A stretch of DNA of 64,000 nt from assembly GCF_006345805.1 (NCBI RefSeq), contig NC_043009.1, forward strand, positions 9,114,001-9,178,000, written 5' to 3'. The notes under the pieces are model-generated. The model worked only from the letters and a program-made list of their open reading frames with translations. It ran no database searches and was not told the DNA's origin. The stretch's first letter is position 1; each line of letters starts with the position of its first letter. This document shows, piece after piece, positions 12,171-25,092 of the stretch. This DNA is from Octopus sinensis. Lineage: Eukaryota. Made by a program: the position numbers and the translations under genes.

Positions 12171-14468
12171 ATTGTAGTGACATTATTTTTGGAAGTTTTC
12201 AGCATGCATGCGCAGAGTTGGATTACTTCCGGTAGGCCACTGGAAGTTCCCTCATGCACATGTGCAGAGAACTGCAAACTGAAAGCGTTCCCGCTAAATC
12301 TGTCTTTTTGAACCAGCAACCCTACCGAGTGGATGTGACCAACCTTCTCTCAGGGAAAACCTTACATATAGAGAAGCTCTCTTTTAAGCGGGAATGGAGA
12401 TGGTAATTTTGGCTCACACAAGTGAACATTTGTGAACAGTCTTGTGGACTTGGCTACCGGTTCGCCCATAAGGAAAATATATGTGTATATATTTTTATTT
12501 GCGAAACCCAGAAAATAAAGTAATATTTATTGCTATTGAAGACAGTCGGGTTTTGGTTCTCCCTTCGACAATTTTACGTGACAAGATAAGGCAGACACCC
12601 CTCAAGTGTTCCTGAGACCTTCATCTTGTTACATGATGATGGGAGCCTTGCTGCTGCAAACAATGAGTTTGGTGTCAGTCAATCTACCATTTGATCCATT
12701 TCCAAAGTATGTGGAGATGATTCAGCTATCACTGTGTTTATTTTTTAACCAACCCACTATGATACACATGGATAGATATATTATCAATTTACTAGCAGCA
12801 CCTGCCACCATTCATCGCTGGCTTCCTTACTTTACCATTCCATCTATGTCCTGATACCTTCCCCTTGCAAGTATACCCTGTCACTTACCGCTGTCCCTCT
12901 CCTGCTCCTGCTGTCTCACACTCTCTCTTTCCCTTACTCTTCAATCTGGCTGAGTAACCCTTAATCTCCTCCACAGCAACAAACCTGTTTCTGCTCTCAT
13001 TCTTGATCTCTCTCTCTCCTTCCTTTTGTTCTTACCTTTGGCCAGGTAACCCTGTATCTCCTTTACAGCAGCACACTTCTTTCATGCTAATTCCCCTCTC
13101 TATCTCTAGGTAATCATGTCCTCCTCTTCAGCAGCACACCTGTTTCTGCCCTCACCCTTGTTAACTCTCCCTCCCTTTCTCTCTCTCTCTCTCCCTCCCT
13201 CTGGCTGGGTAACCATGTACCCCCTCTGCAGTAAGACATCTGTTTCTATGTCACACTCTAACCTTTCATGATCTGTCACAAGATCACCTCCTCCAATACC
13301 TGCTCCTCCATCAAAGATTCCTTGTCTTGCAAAGTTACTTGGTAACCCTGCCAGTGCAGGTGCCATTTAAAAGCACCCTGTCCACACTGTAAACTGGTTG
13401 GCATTTGGAAGGATATCCAGCTGTAAAAACCCATGCCAAACTGACTTCGCCTGTGCAAGTGCCACATAAAAAGCACTCAGCCCGCTCTGTGAAGTGGTTG
13501 GTGTTAGGAACCATGCCAAAACAGGCACAGTAGCCTGGTGTAGTCTTCTACCTGGCTGGCTCCTGTTAGACCATCCAAACCATGGCAACATGTAAGATGG
13601 AATGATGATAATGATGATGACCAGCACCGAAAAAACAGCTTTCGACATTTTTGGTGCTTGAAAATGTCTTCAATTCCGTCTTCAAACAATTGATTATTTG
13701 AATACTTTTGTGGATAAAAGAGTATCGAGAAATGATAATTTTGCTTATTATAGCCTGACAGAGTTAATAATTTTCAGAAATTTTGATTAGTTATACAGCA
13801 AAAATTGGATTAAAAAAAAAACAAAACAATTTTAATTACTGTCAGTTTTAATAATTTTGGTGACAGATGTGCCAAAGTTGATAATTTTCCTGGTTATATA
13901 TCAAGATGCTTAATTTTGATGACTCCATTTCTGTTAAAATTTTTAAGAACAATAGAATAAATAGCCATAATTGCGATAAATGATAAAGTATGATTTACAA
14001 GTGGAATCCATAATTTTCTTAAAGGCAGAGCAACTGTATAACACCTGATCACACAAATCAAATGTTTTTGCAAACAAGAATACAGTGTCATGAGCAAAGA
14101 TGGCCAAGTTAGACACGATATCAACCACAAATTTATTAGTAAAAAGAAAAAAAGAAAACATCAAACCAAGAACGGAATCTGGGAATACAAAATAGTGTCT
14201 GACAATGCAGAAGGTTTCACAAAACCTTTATATTTCAGGCACAAAAGCCCATCCTCAGAAGATACTACACTGCTTCAAGCAAACTACAATACTCTTAAAT
14301 CTTAAAGTTATTTCATGTTTCATGGCTGTGTGGTTAAGAAGTTCACTTTGCAACCATGTGGTTTTGAGTTCAGTCCCACTGCGTCGCAGCTTGGACAAAA
14401 GTGTCTTCTACTATAGCTCCATGTCAATCACTGTCTTGTGAATGGATTGAAACTGTATGGAAGCCTGT

Positions 14469-14504
<36 letters not shown>

Positions 14505-14539
14505 TATGCATATATACATACATATATGTACATACCTTC

Positions 14540-14815
14540 ATCTATATGTATATATACATGCATATATGGGTACAGGACATCAAAAAATGTTGAACACAAT
14601 GAGAAACGAAAACATAAAGACAAAAATATAGAAACAAACTTTTTTTCAAACACCGAAAAAACCCAGAAAAACGAGACATACAACATAAGGAATATCCTCC
14701 TTCTTCAGTTGTCCCTATTTCATCTACTCCACGTTTCGAAGGCAAGGACAAGATGCGACTTCGTTGAAACAGTCCTTCCCGCAAAGCAAATTAAATAAAA
14801 TTTGAGATTTTTTGC
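14540..14815. mobile_element. Microsatellite-flanked interspersed repeat (Penelope-LTR-like)
   Basis: A-rich unit inserted in a (TA)n tract, with acgtttcg at about 14731. Assignment is by architectural resemblance only. Confidence 0.35.
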
Positions 14816-14928
14816 CAAATACATATACATACACATGCAAACACATGCATACACACATGTGTATGTATGTGTGCATATATGTCTGTGACTGTTTACAAAA
14901 CTATGCCGAGTCACCATTTCCAGTTCAC

Positions 14929-15002
14929 CTACAGTTAGTGACTTCTGGTTGGGCTGCAATTTTGTTCAACAAATTATCTGCCAGCTTTCTGTTTTTGAAT
15001 TC
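14929..15002 (-). CDS. Candidate exon of an unidentified minus-strand gene
   Basis: Strong minus-strand acceptor ttttttttattctttcattttattcaacag|. The only open frame reads EFKNRKLADNLLNKIAAQPEVTN(C). Possible donors gtaggt (14932) or gtgaac (14928). Product not recognised. Confidence 0.3.
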
Positions 15003-15330
15003 CTGTTGAATAAAATGAAAGAATAAAAAAAAAATCCTCAATTAAACAACAGGTAAGGATTGGCTACTGGAAATTTATCCAGCCGTAACATCCTACCTCA
15101 GTTTTCTTCTTCTGTCTCTAATCTAGGCTAGCTTTGAAAAGCAGACATTAAATGAGATGACCAAACAAATGGAAGATGATAGAACTGCTCAAGTATCAGA
15201 GTTAGGAGATCAGCAATGGAGCATGAAGTGTGAAAGCCATATCCCCCTCCTCCTCCTCCTCCTCATCATCATCATCATCACCATCATCATCATCACCATC
15301 ACCACCACCATCATCATCATCAATCACCAT

Positions 15331-15760
15331 CATCATTTAATATCCATATTTCCATTCTTGCATGGACAAACAGGATTTGCTGAGGCAGATGTTTTTTTTA
15401 TGGCTGGTCACCTTTCTTGTTGCTCACTTTCACCCATTTCCAAGTAAGGTCAAATTTCCCTGTGGCCAGACATTTTTATTTTTTCACAGAAGACTGGAAA
15501 TAAACATTCTCACTCATATGATGATGATGATGATGATGCTTGCTTACAACCATCACATGATGTCTAGACAAGAGAATACACACATATATACACACACACA
15601 CACATATATACACACATATTTATATGTTTCAGCTTTTGTCTTCCAAATCCACTCACAAGGCTTTTGTTGGCCTAGGGCTATAGTACATGAGACTGTACAC
15701 TAGGATTGAACCCAAGATCGCAGGATTGGGAAGCAAGCTCCTTAACCACCCAGCCATACC
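15331..15760 (-). mobile_element. SINE with family A head and RTE-like (GAT)n tail (family A')
   Basis: Same head as family A but the 3' half ends catgcaagaatggaaatatggatattaaatgatg. Similar pieces occur at about 16717-17195, 5540-5760, 6130-6370, 48070-48300 and 54090-54300. Confidence 0.65.
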
Positions 15761-16297
15761 TGTATCACCTTCCATTCTGTTAGAATATTACTAATTCAGC
15801 ATAACTTCATTAGCTTTCTTTTACTTAATTCTGAATAAAGAGAAATCTGCTATTCAAAATTTTGGCCTTTAATTAACACGCTTCAAGCGAAATCGCTTGC
15901 AATTTTTAGATGTTAGACATGCCAGTTTGGAGGTCAAACTTACAGCACTTGACCAGTGATGTGTCTTTACCCACCCCCTGTCCCCCACCACCTTCATCTA
16001 CATCATGGGGCCATGCTCTTCTGGCATCCTTTGATGTATAGACTAAACACAAGTGGTTACTATTTTAAAGATAAGTAAGAATGTTTTCTTGAAGAAAATT
16101 TTGATGCTGCATTGTGCAGATTGAGGTGTTAGCTTATGATTTTCCCATGGCTAGAACGGTTATTGTTGTTTTATTCCTGTTTAGCCCTCACCATATAAAT
16201 AAATAAGATACCATTGGTTTCAATGGTAATGGTATTCAGTTGTTTGATCATTAAGTATTTAGATTGATTATAGGTGCCAACATGGCTGTGTGGTTAA

Positions 16298-16716
16298 AAT
16301 AATAATAATAATAACAATGAAATTATTGCATACAGTGCTCAGGTGCACCACAACTTGTCAAAAGCATATGTGCAGTAATGTACAAATATCTGGGAAGCGA
16401 ATAGTGTATGAGTCAGATACATGCTTGCGTGTGTATGGAGGAGAGAAAATCAGGTGTAGTGCTGGTGAATCTCAGGAAGTTTTGAAGGATGCGGTGCTCT
16501 GACAACTAATAACTGATGGCGGCAGTTTGTTCCATGCTTCAGCAACTCTTAGTGTGAAAAAATGTTTCTGAAAGTCATGGGAGCTGTGCGGTTTTCTGAC
16601 TTTGTAAACATGTCCATGGGTATTAGACAGGTGGAGTTTGAAAAGGTGCTCAGAGTTATTGTTGGTAAGATGGTTAATAATTTTATGGGTGTCTGCCAAG
16701 TCAGCTGCCAGATGTC
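16298..16716 (-). mobile_element. CR1-type LINE 3' fragment inserted in a SINE head
   Basis: Same family as 45519-46290. It splits a SINE after tggctgtgtggttaa, with apparent TSD gttaa. Confidence 0.8.
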
Positions 16717-18342
16717 GTTAAGAAGTTTCCTTCCCAACCATGTGGTTCTGGGTTCATTCCCATTGTATGTCACTTAGGGTAAGTGTCTTTTACCATAGCC
16801 CAGTGCCAACCAAAACCTTGTGAGTGGATTTTGTAGATGGAAACTGAAAGTAGGCTGTCATATGTATGTGTGTGTGTGTGCATGTGCATGTGTGTGTGTG
16901 TGTGCATATGTGTGTTGCATGTTTGTACATGCATTGTGTGTGTGTGTGTGTCAATGTGTGTGTTTATATTCTCCTTGTTCTTGACTTTGCACGATAGTCA
17001 CATAAGCAATATCGTTCGTTTCCAGTATTCTGCAGCAACATGATTCTGACTATGAGGAAATATCACCTTGCTTGGAAATAGCTGAGTATTGATGGCAGGA
17101 AGGATAATATCTGCTGCAGAAAATCTGCCTCAACAAATTCCGCCCGACCCATACAAGCATGGAAAAGGAGGCGTTAAAATGACAACGATGATGATGACAA
17201 AGAAGAAGAAGAAATAAACTGAATACTCACTGATGCTAATTCATAGAATTAGCTTATAAGAAGCTGACTTCTTCACAGACATGTTTGCCCTTAACATCCT
17301 CCGAAGACAGAATCGGTGTAACACAATGTATGATAAAGCTGGACCTTTGAATTACAAGCACGGTGTTCATCTGATGGGCTTCTACACAGTTTCCATCTTT
17401 CTAGATTCACTCTCAAGGCATATGTAAAACCAAGGCTATGGTAAATAACACCTGTCCAAGGTATCATGCAGAGGGATTGAACCCAGCATCTCATAACTGC
17501 AAAGAAAATTTCGTAACTATTCAACCATGACATATCTATTTGGACCATGCATGTCATCGGTATGAAGGTACATGGCCTAGTGGTTAGGGTGTTGTATTCA
17601 TGATTGTGAGATTGTGATTTCAATTCTCAGACTGGCTGTGTTTTGTTCTTGAGCAAAACACTGAATTTCGCATTGCCCCAGTCCACTCAGCTGTAAATAG
17701 GCAATTTTGCAATAGATTGGCCTGCAAGGTTGAGATGGTGACTCAGGAAAATTACTCAGAGGTCTTGTGAGTCATGGTTTGTATTCATTGACTGAGAGGA
17801 TGAACAGTACAACTTGTACTATGAATCATGACTGGTTGGGATTGGTTGATCAACTAAGTCGAAGATTGATCAACTGATGTCTTTGGTGAATGATGGCACT
17901 TCAATCTTGGCTGTCACATCTTTTATTTAGACACATTCAATCAAGGACTGTATCATACATCCTCCTCCTCATCATCATCGCCATCATCATCATACATCCA
18001 TTTCCCATGTTGGCAAAAAAGACTGCAGTGTGTGAATCAAGGAAGGTTTTGCTGCTATTTATAGCATGTCGAGCAACTACTTTGAGGCTTCTTCCTTGCT
18101 TCCTTGTTGGCCAGTAACACACTGAGGTCGACTTAAACTCACCTTCAGAATAATAAGTCTTTATTTAACGCAATATGGTCAAGTGGCAATGGCATGGCAT
18201 TGCTATAATTTTTGGTACTTCTGTTCCTTCATACTTAGAAATTTAATGGAGAAATCTAATCAACCAAATGTAATGAAGAAAAAAAAAATCAATTAAAACT
18301 ACCAACATATGTATGTTTACCATAGTTAATCTTTTCAAACAG

Positions 18343-18385
18343 TCTGCAGACAGAGGAGGTGGACATCATAGAAGGCAGTATTTAA
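18343..18385 (+). CDS. Candidate terminal coding exon (unidentified gene)
   Basis: Acceptor ttaatcttttcaaacag|, frame (x)LQTEEVDIIEGSI*, followed by a U-rich tract and an attaaa near 18568. No upstream partner exon identified. Confidence 0.2.
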
Positions 18386-18736
18386 TTAGCTCCAGTCGTA
18401 TTTGTTTGCTTCTTTTCTTCTTCCTTTTTCTTTCTTTTACGGTTTTTCTTTTCTTTCCTTCTTTCTTCTTTCTTTTACTCTTTTCTTTCTTTATTTTTTT
18501 AAAAATACTTTATTTTTATTTTTATTTTTGTTTGTTAAATTTAACCAATGGATATAATAATATTCTTATTAAACGTCTATATTTGCTATAAAGTTGCAAT
18601 CAAGTTTCTGTATATTTCTATTATTTAACAAATTTCTAACATTTCCCACCATTGTCCATTCCCACCTCTCTCACCTCATTATCCTCTCTCCTGCCTTCCC
18701 CCCTCATCTCTCTCTCTGCCCCTTCTCTTCTTTCAC

Positions 18737-18779
<43 letters not shown>

Positions 18780-18794
18780 CACACATATGTACAG

Positions 18795-18832
<38 letters not shown>

Positions 18833-20128
18833 ATCTGTATATACACATACACACGTCAGCAACATTGAAAGAGAGACGTTTTTGTACTCAGTTCCACTAG
18901 TTTAACTAGGTGACGTCTAGAATATAATAATTTGATAGAATGATTTTAACAAACATTGTTAGTATTGATTTATCAGTGTTGGTCTACAAATTGTTTCTGC
19001 CAAACCAAATCACAAAATCGTCATAACAGGATGGAAGATGGAGATAACAACAACAGCAAAAACTACACAAACAAAAACCAGCATCCTTCAGAATACCAAT
19101 TTCACTGAATAAATTTTTTTTTTGTTGTTGTTATGTTATGGTCTGATGTTTTTTATTTTTTTTTGTATAAGTTTTATCACGTATTGTCCTGGTATAGTAA
19201 ACACTGAATATTTTAATAATAATATTTGGAAAATGTTTAATTTCTTTCTTGTTTTTTTATTGTTATTTATTTATTTAATTGTTTTTTTGTTTTGTTTTGT
19301 TTTTTTAAATTTCATTTCTATTTATTCTTCTGTCTTGCCGAAATGGTTTGGTCGAGGAACATATTCAAGTACTGTAGTTTTGTGTTCGCATTGTGTCTGG
19401 CAACATTCTCAGAGCCCTTGATCTCCCACCTACATATTCATACACACACACACACATACACACAAGCACATGCATGCATGCACACTCATTCTCTCTCTTG
19501 CTCTCTTCCTTATCATTACTAACCCTGTTACATCACTTCTAGCACTGTCTATCCCATTTCTCCCTTAATCCGATACTCTCACCCCACCCCAATCACCCTG
19601 TCTTTTCCACCATACCCTTATTTTCCCCTTTCACTTTGATTCACCTTCTGTACTTATTCCAAATAAACAGAGGCAACAAAGACAAATGAGGATTCCTTTT
19701 ATTTTGTAGGCTGCAATTCAATCTTGTTGGCGCTAATGCCATGATAAAATGCACCCAGAACATTCTGTAAAGTGATTGGTGAATGAGGGAGACAATGTAG
19801 AATCAAGAGGACTCTTTTGTCCTGTCTGGCTGAGGGCACGACAAGTTCTCTGGTGTTGGTGCCAGTACACTTTGTAAAGTAGTTGGTGTTGGGAAAGGCT
19901 TCCAGATTAGAAACCATACTAGAATAAAACATACAAAAAAGATGTGCTTCCCCTACACAGCCAGAAGGGTAACACTGAAACTATGCTTGAGCCTGGTTTC
20001 CATGGCTGATGAGGGGATTTCTATGCTTATTTCCACTTTGTCCATTTCTGTTGATCATTTCCTTGTTCTGTCTGAGGAGGGTCATATTACCATAATATAT
20101 TTAGCACACTCACTGGCTGATTATATAT

Positions 20129-20525
20129 ACTCTTTTACTTGTTTCAGTGATTTGACTGTGGCCATGCTGGAGCACCGCCTTTAGTCAAGCAAATCGACCC
20201 CATCACTTATTCTTTGTAAGCCTAGTACTTATTCTATCGGTCTTTTTTGCCGAACTGCTAAGTTACGGGGATGTAAACACACCGGCATCGGTTGTCAAGC
20301 GATGTTGGGGGGACAAACACAGACACACAAACATATACACACACATATATATACATATATACGACAGGCTTCTTTTCAGTTTCCGTCTACCAAATCCACT
20401 CACAAGGCTTTGGTTGACCCGAGGCTATAGTAGAAGACACTTGCCCAAGGTGCCATGCAGTGGGACTGAACCTGGAACCATGTGGTTAGTAAGCAAGCTA
20501 CTTACCACACAGCCACTCCAGCGCC
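20129..20525 (-). mobile_element. SINE family A, full length
   Basis: Reverse complement of 28277-28695. Confidence 0.85.
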
Positions 20526-21239
20526 TATATATATATACATACATACATACATACATACATACATACATACATACATACATACATACATACATACACATAT
20601 ATATATATATATATCGTACACTGGAATGCATATGTACATGAAAGCAGACAAAAAAGACAAATTTCTAAGGGATCAAGATATTGGATCACCAACTGAGACA
20701 GAGTGGAATAAACTAGAGAGATGTCTGAAATTTACAATGGAACATGTACACAGAACCTGAGCTCAAGATATTTGAACTGGTAGTTCAGTACCATATCCAC
20801 ACAGTTTTTATGTGTGTAGACCAAAGTAGCTTTATTTCCATGTTTCCTCCTTTCATACACTGTAGTGTTTCTAACAAGAATGCAAACCCATGATTTATGA
20901 AATAGCAAACCAACTTATTTGTCTTATCACCTATTTTAAATCTTTAGATGTAAGCGATACTTATTAGGATCTGTTGTTGTTGATGTTTTAGCCCCAGGCA
21001 GTCTCTGTTTGAGCAGACCTATGATCAAAACCATTCTAGCCTTTGATCATAGGTCTGAATGTAATAGCTTTGACTCACAATTTTTTCAAATATATAGCAT
21101 GTCTAGGAGGATGTTATTTAATTTATTCCCTTTTCCTTAAGGTAGTAGGATATCATATAATAAAAATGTTGGTGCTATTTCTGGAAGATTGAGTAACCAT
21201 GTAGAAGCTTCACATTATAATCTGTATAAAACTCTGGTA

Positions 21240-21384
21240 TTATTTACATTGGCCAATTAAAACGAAGTGTTTATGCAAGGGTCATAGTGCAACAATAGCG
21301 AAGAGAGATTAATGTCTGACTCTTCAGCCAAGAGTTTTATATCTAAACTGCACTGATTTTTCTGGTTGGGAAGAATTGAACTTG
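21240..21384 (+). promoter_or_regulatory. Candidate promoter / first non-coding exon
   Basis: Palindromic attggccaat (CCAAT on both strands) at 21248-21257, several retained CpGs in unique AT-rich DNA, and donor ttg|gtgagt at 21385. Confidence 0.28.
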
Positions 21385-22149
21385 GTGAGTCTAGACACAT
21401 TGTTGTACTCCTTAAACAAGACCAATCTGCCTGCCTACCTAATTGAGTATATAGATTAATGACACGGTTGAGTTGTTAGCGTTAGGAAAGAAAAAAAAAA
21501 GAAACAAAACCCACCAAGCTGCCAATAATTCATATGATATACAGATATAATTTTATGTGTGAATCTCTGTTCTATGCTTTTAACCAACTACCAACAGATG
21601 AATGATATTTTTAGAATTTTAATGATTGCTTATCGTATTTAATTAAATTTAAAATGAATATTAGTCTGTACGAACGTTAATAAATGATTTCAATCAAGTT
21701 GATAGTAGTTAATTTGCTATTGCTTTGGTGATGGTTGCATGAAATATTGAAGATATTGTCAATAATCTGTTGTTTTACTCTGTAAAGTCACTTAGGTCTG
21801 GAAACGCATATTGTTGATGTATTAGTGGTAATTACAGCTTAGCAGCTTGTTAGTATTAGTCTCTGTAGAAGAGAAATGCTGAAGATAAATTGTTATGTGA
21901 GCCCTGTCCGCTTGCTGTTGTTGGTAATGTAACATGTGAGCTCTGTGAGTAAGAAGTCTGCTTGGCAGTTATGTGGTTTTGAGTTCAATCTCACTGCATG
22001 GCACTTGTCTTCTATCATAGCCTGTAATTGAGCAATAACTTCTGAGTGAAAATTTAGTTGATGGAAACAGTGTGGAAACCCATCATGTGTGTGTGTGTGT
22101 GTGTGTGCTAGTGCGTGCATCCATTTGTGTGTGTTTATATTAGTGTGGA

Positions 22150-22572
22150 GTGAAAATTGCCACGTTCACACATTCTGCAGGTTTACAATGAGACTGAATT
22201 ATCTCCTTTATGCTAATGTCCACTTTGTGCAGGATGACCATAACATCTGGACATAGTCACAACAGAATCTTCTATTTCATCCATTACAGTTGGTCAGCTG
22301 GAATGGAGTTTATCCATCATACTACCTGTTTCTTTGAATTTCTTAACTGCTTTCCTCACTGTGCGCAAAGGAACGAGGGTCCATTTTAAAATGGCATGCA
22401 CTGAAATCTTTTGCTCTCTCTCAAAATGACTGTCCCCTACATCCACCGAGTAGCATCGATTCAATTCTTTCTTTGTTAGATAAAATCATATTCAATTCAA
22501 AGAAAGAAAAAGTAAAGAAACAAGGAACTTAGTGATAGTTCCCAAATGTCCAGACTTTATGGTCACCCTGTC
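22150..22572 (-). mobile_element. Tc1/mariner-like 5' fragment
   Basis: Terminal acagggtgaccataaagtctggac and a decayed HTH-like frame (RTVRKAVKKFKETGS). Confidence 0.5.
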
Positions 22573-22699
22573 TTGGAAGAATGATGAAATAAGCACTGGG
22601 AGGGGATATATTTAACAAAAACTCCTTGAAAGCAATGTCCTAGTGTAAGAATAACATAATGCCTTGAGTGTATTGTTGCTAACATCATGTGTAACTCTT

Positions 22700-22903
22700 G
22701 AAAACGAGGTAATTTCTACTCTTCTCCTCTGGAAGCCATCTGCTCGCGATACCAGAGGGTGCACACTCTCCTACCCTGATGTAATCTCCAGGGATACAGG
22801 CATCCAGTGACAGGACCTCCGTAATGCTATGACGGACCGTGAAGTCTGGCGTAGCATGGTAAATTCCATTGTCTTGACCACGGTCGAACAATGATGATGA
22901 TGT
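22700..22903 (+). mobile_element. RTE-type LINE 3' end, same family as 41841-42157
   Basis: Reverse-complement match to 41850-42050. Ends acaatgatgatgatg. Confidence 0.75.
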
Positions 22904-23053
22904 AACTCTACAAAGTGATTATTAGATTATTAACCTTTTGTGTATTTTCTCATGTTTAAGAAAAATTGTGCAACACTCCATAAAAAAATGAGTAGAGTCA
23001 CGATTCTGAAAACCCAATGATGTGTAAATGGTATTTAGAAATTAGCCTGTTAG

Positions 23054-23290
23054 AAGGCGGCGAGCTGGCAGAAACGTTAGCACACCAGGCGAAGTGCTTA
23101 GCAGTATCTTGTCTGCTGTAACGTTCTGTGTTCAAATTCTGCTGAGGTTGACTTTGCCTTTCATTCTTTCGGGGTCAATAAATTAAGTACCAGTTACACA
23201 CTGGAGTCGATATAATCGACTTATTCCGTTTGTCTGTCCTTGTTTGTCCCCTCTGTGTGTAGCTCCTTGTGGGCAGTAAAGAAATAAGAA
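23054..23290 (+). mobile_element. SINE family B (aaggcggcgagctggcagaa head)
   Basis: gagttcaaatt B box, taagtaccagtt central motif, aaagaaataagaa tail. Other copies at about 62-240, 287-480, 25470-25660 and 49598-49806. Confidence 0.8.
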
Positions 23291-23363
23291 ATTAGCCTAT
23301 TAGTATTAATTTTCTTTGAATTTTGTCATTTTTCTAGCACATTTATTGTCTATTCTACAACAG

Positions 23364-23420
23364 CAGATGGTTTTCCTGCTTATCAACAGATACATAAACT
23401 ATCTGACTGAATGATGATGT
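23364..23420 (+). other. Candidate non-coding 5' UTR exon of CYB5RL
   Basis: Acceptor ttattgtctattctacaacag| (NAGNAG) and donor |gtgagt at 23421 in unique sequence. All three frames contain stops. Confidence 0.3.
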
Positions 23421-23980
23421 GTGAGTCTTGTACTGATGCTGAATGATTCAGTTTGATTTAGATTTCAGTCTTTATGTTACCTCTAGGAATTATAATTTTG
23501 AAATGTTATTTTCAAGCCTGAATCCATAGTCTTATGCTAAAGTCTTGATATTGACAGCCATATAATCTAAAGGGTTATTAATGATATGAAGTCTGAAGAC
23601 AGGTGAAGCAGCTGGCTAACCAGAAGTTGTCGAGACAGTCAAGCCATCTGGAAAAGTAGGGCATGCGATCATCACTTATTTAGTCAATCAGGTAGTAAAA
23701 GGATGTATCACCTCAGTGACTGGTGTAGTGGTATCTTTGTCAAATGCTACAAGAACAAAAGTAAGAAGCAACTACAGAGGTATCAGATTGATGGATAAAG
23801 TTATGAAGGTTAAAGAAAGAGTTATAGCAGCAGCTAATTAGGAAAACAAAAATTAGCTTAGCCAAGATGCAGATCAAGTTTATGTAAAGACAAAGAACTA
23901 TCAACCTTAGTGGGGCAACCAATAACCTTTGTGAGGCAACCACGAAAGAAGTACTTAATTTAAGAGTGAGATTCTAAAAC

Positions 23981-24480
23981 TAGTATTCATTGATCTGGAG
24001 AAGACCTTTAACAGAGTTCCATATTCTGTAGTCTGGTAGCTGCTAAGAAAATTGGGTGTAGATGAATGATTTGTCAAAGCAATGCAGTTATGTACAGAGT
24101 GTTGCCAGCAAAGTGAGTGTCAACAATGATTTCAGTAAGGAATTAAGCATACAGGTAGGTGTCCCTCATGGTTCATTTCTCAGACCTGATAATAATAGTT
24201 TCCCAAACCATAACAGAGGAGCTCAAGTCTAACAGCAGGAAATCTTATATGCTGAAAACCTTGTTTGCAATAGCAGAATCGGTCAAAGAATTAGAGGTAA
24301 AGTTCCAAAAGGTCTAAAAGTATGTCATAGTTATAAGGAAAGAAGGTAGGACTCTATTGTCTTTTGAGAAATAGTGGCACTTAATATGCAGGTAGGAGTA
24401 GGAATTTATTTAGTGTAAACTATTTAGTGTAAGCTATGGATGCAAAAGAGGTGCTGTGGGATGCTAAACAAGCTGGCAGA
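23981..24480 (+). pseudogene. Decayed RTE reverse-transcriptase fragment
   Basis: LVFIDLEKTFNRVP...LLRKLGVDE, VGVPHGS and LYAENL (YADD-like) motifs, with stops and frameshifts. Confidence 0.7.
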
Positions 24481-25039
24481 AAACTGTAAATAGTAAATAC
24501 AAAAGAAGTTAGCAGTTAGAACATCCATAAAATAAATTGTGGCTGTGTGGTTAGTAGCTTGCATACCAACCACATGGTTCTGGGTTCAGTCCCACTGCGT
24601 GTCACCTTGGGCAAGTGTGTTCTACTATAGCCTTGGGCCAACCAAAATTTGTTATTTATACAGAAACCCTGCAGAGATTTATCATTGACACATTATGGGG
24701 CTTTTGTCATTTTGTTGGTCATGCTCTCATCGTAGTTTATCAATGGATCACACACACACACACACACAAATATACAGAATGATGGCAGCTAATATGCTAA
24801 AACATTGAAGTAATTGTCGCCTGTCTTCTTATAAAAGTTTAATAAACATACACACTACTAAAAGGTATTGAGTGCTTCAGCTTAATGTTAAATTGTTTTT
24901 ATATATAATTTGACATAAAAAAGCAAACATTATCACACACACAAATATGTAATCATATATATGTACATATATGTAAGTATATATGTGTGTATGTAAGTAT
25001 ATATACATATGTATATATACACATACATATATACATATT

Positions 25040-25092
<53 letters not shown>

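Noticed and set aside
14690-14770. Possible type II hammerhead (GAAACGUG...CUGAAGA on the minus strand)
   Set aside because: No stem I pairing, and the GUG triplet is non-cleavable.
18143-18255. Minus-strand exon with strong acceptor and gtgagt donor
   Set aside because: All three frames contain stops. It could only be a non-coding exon and has no other support.
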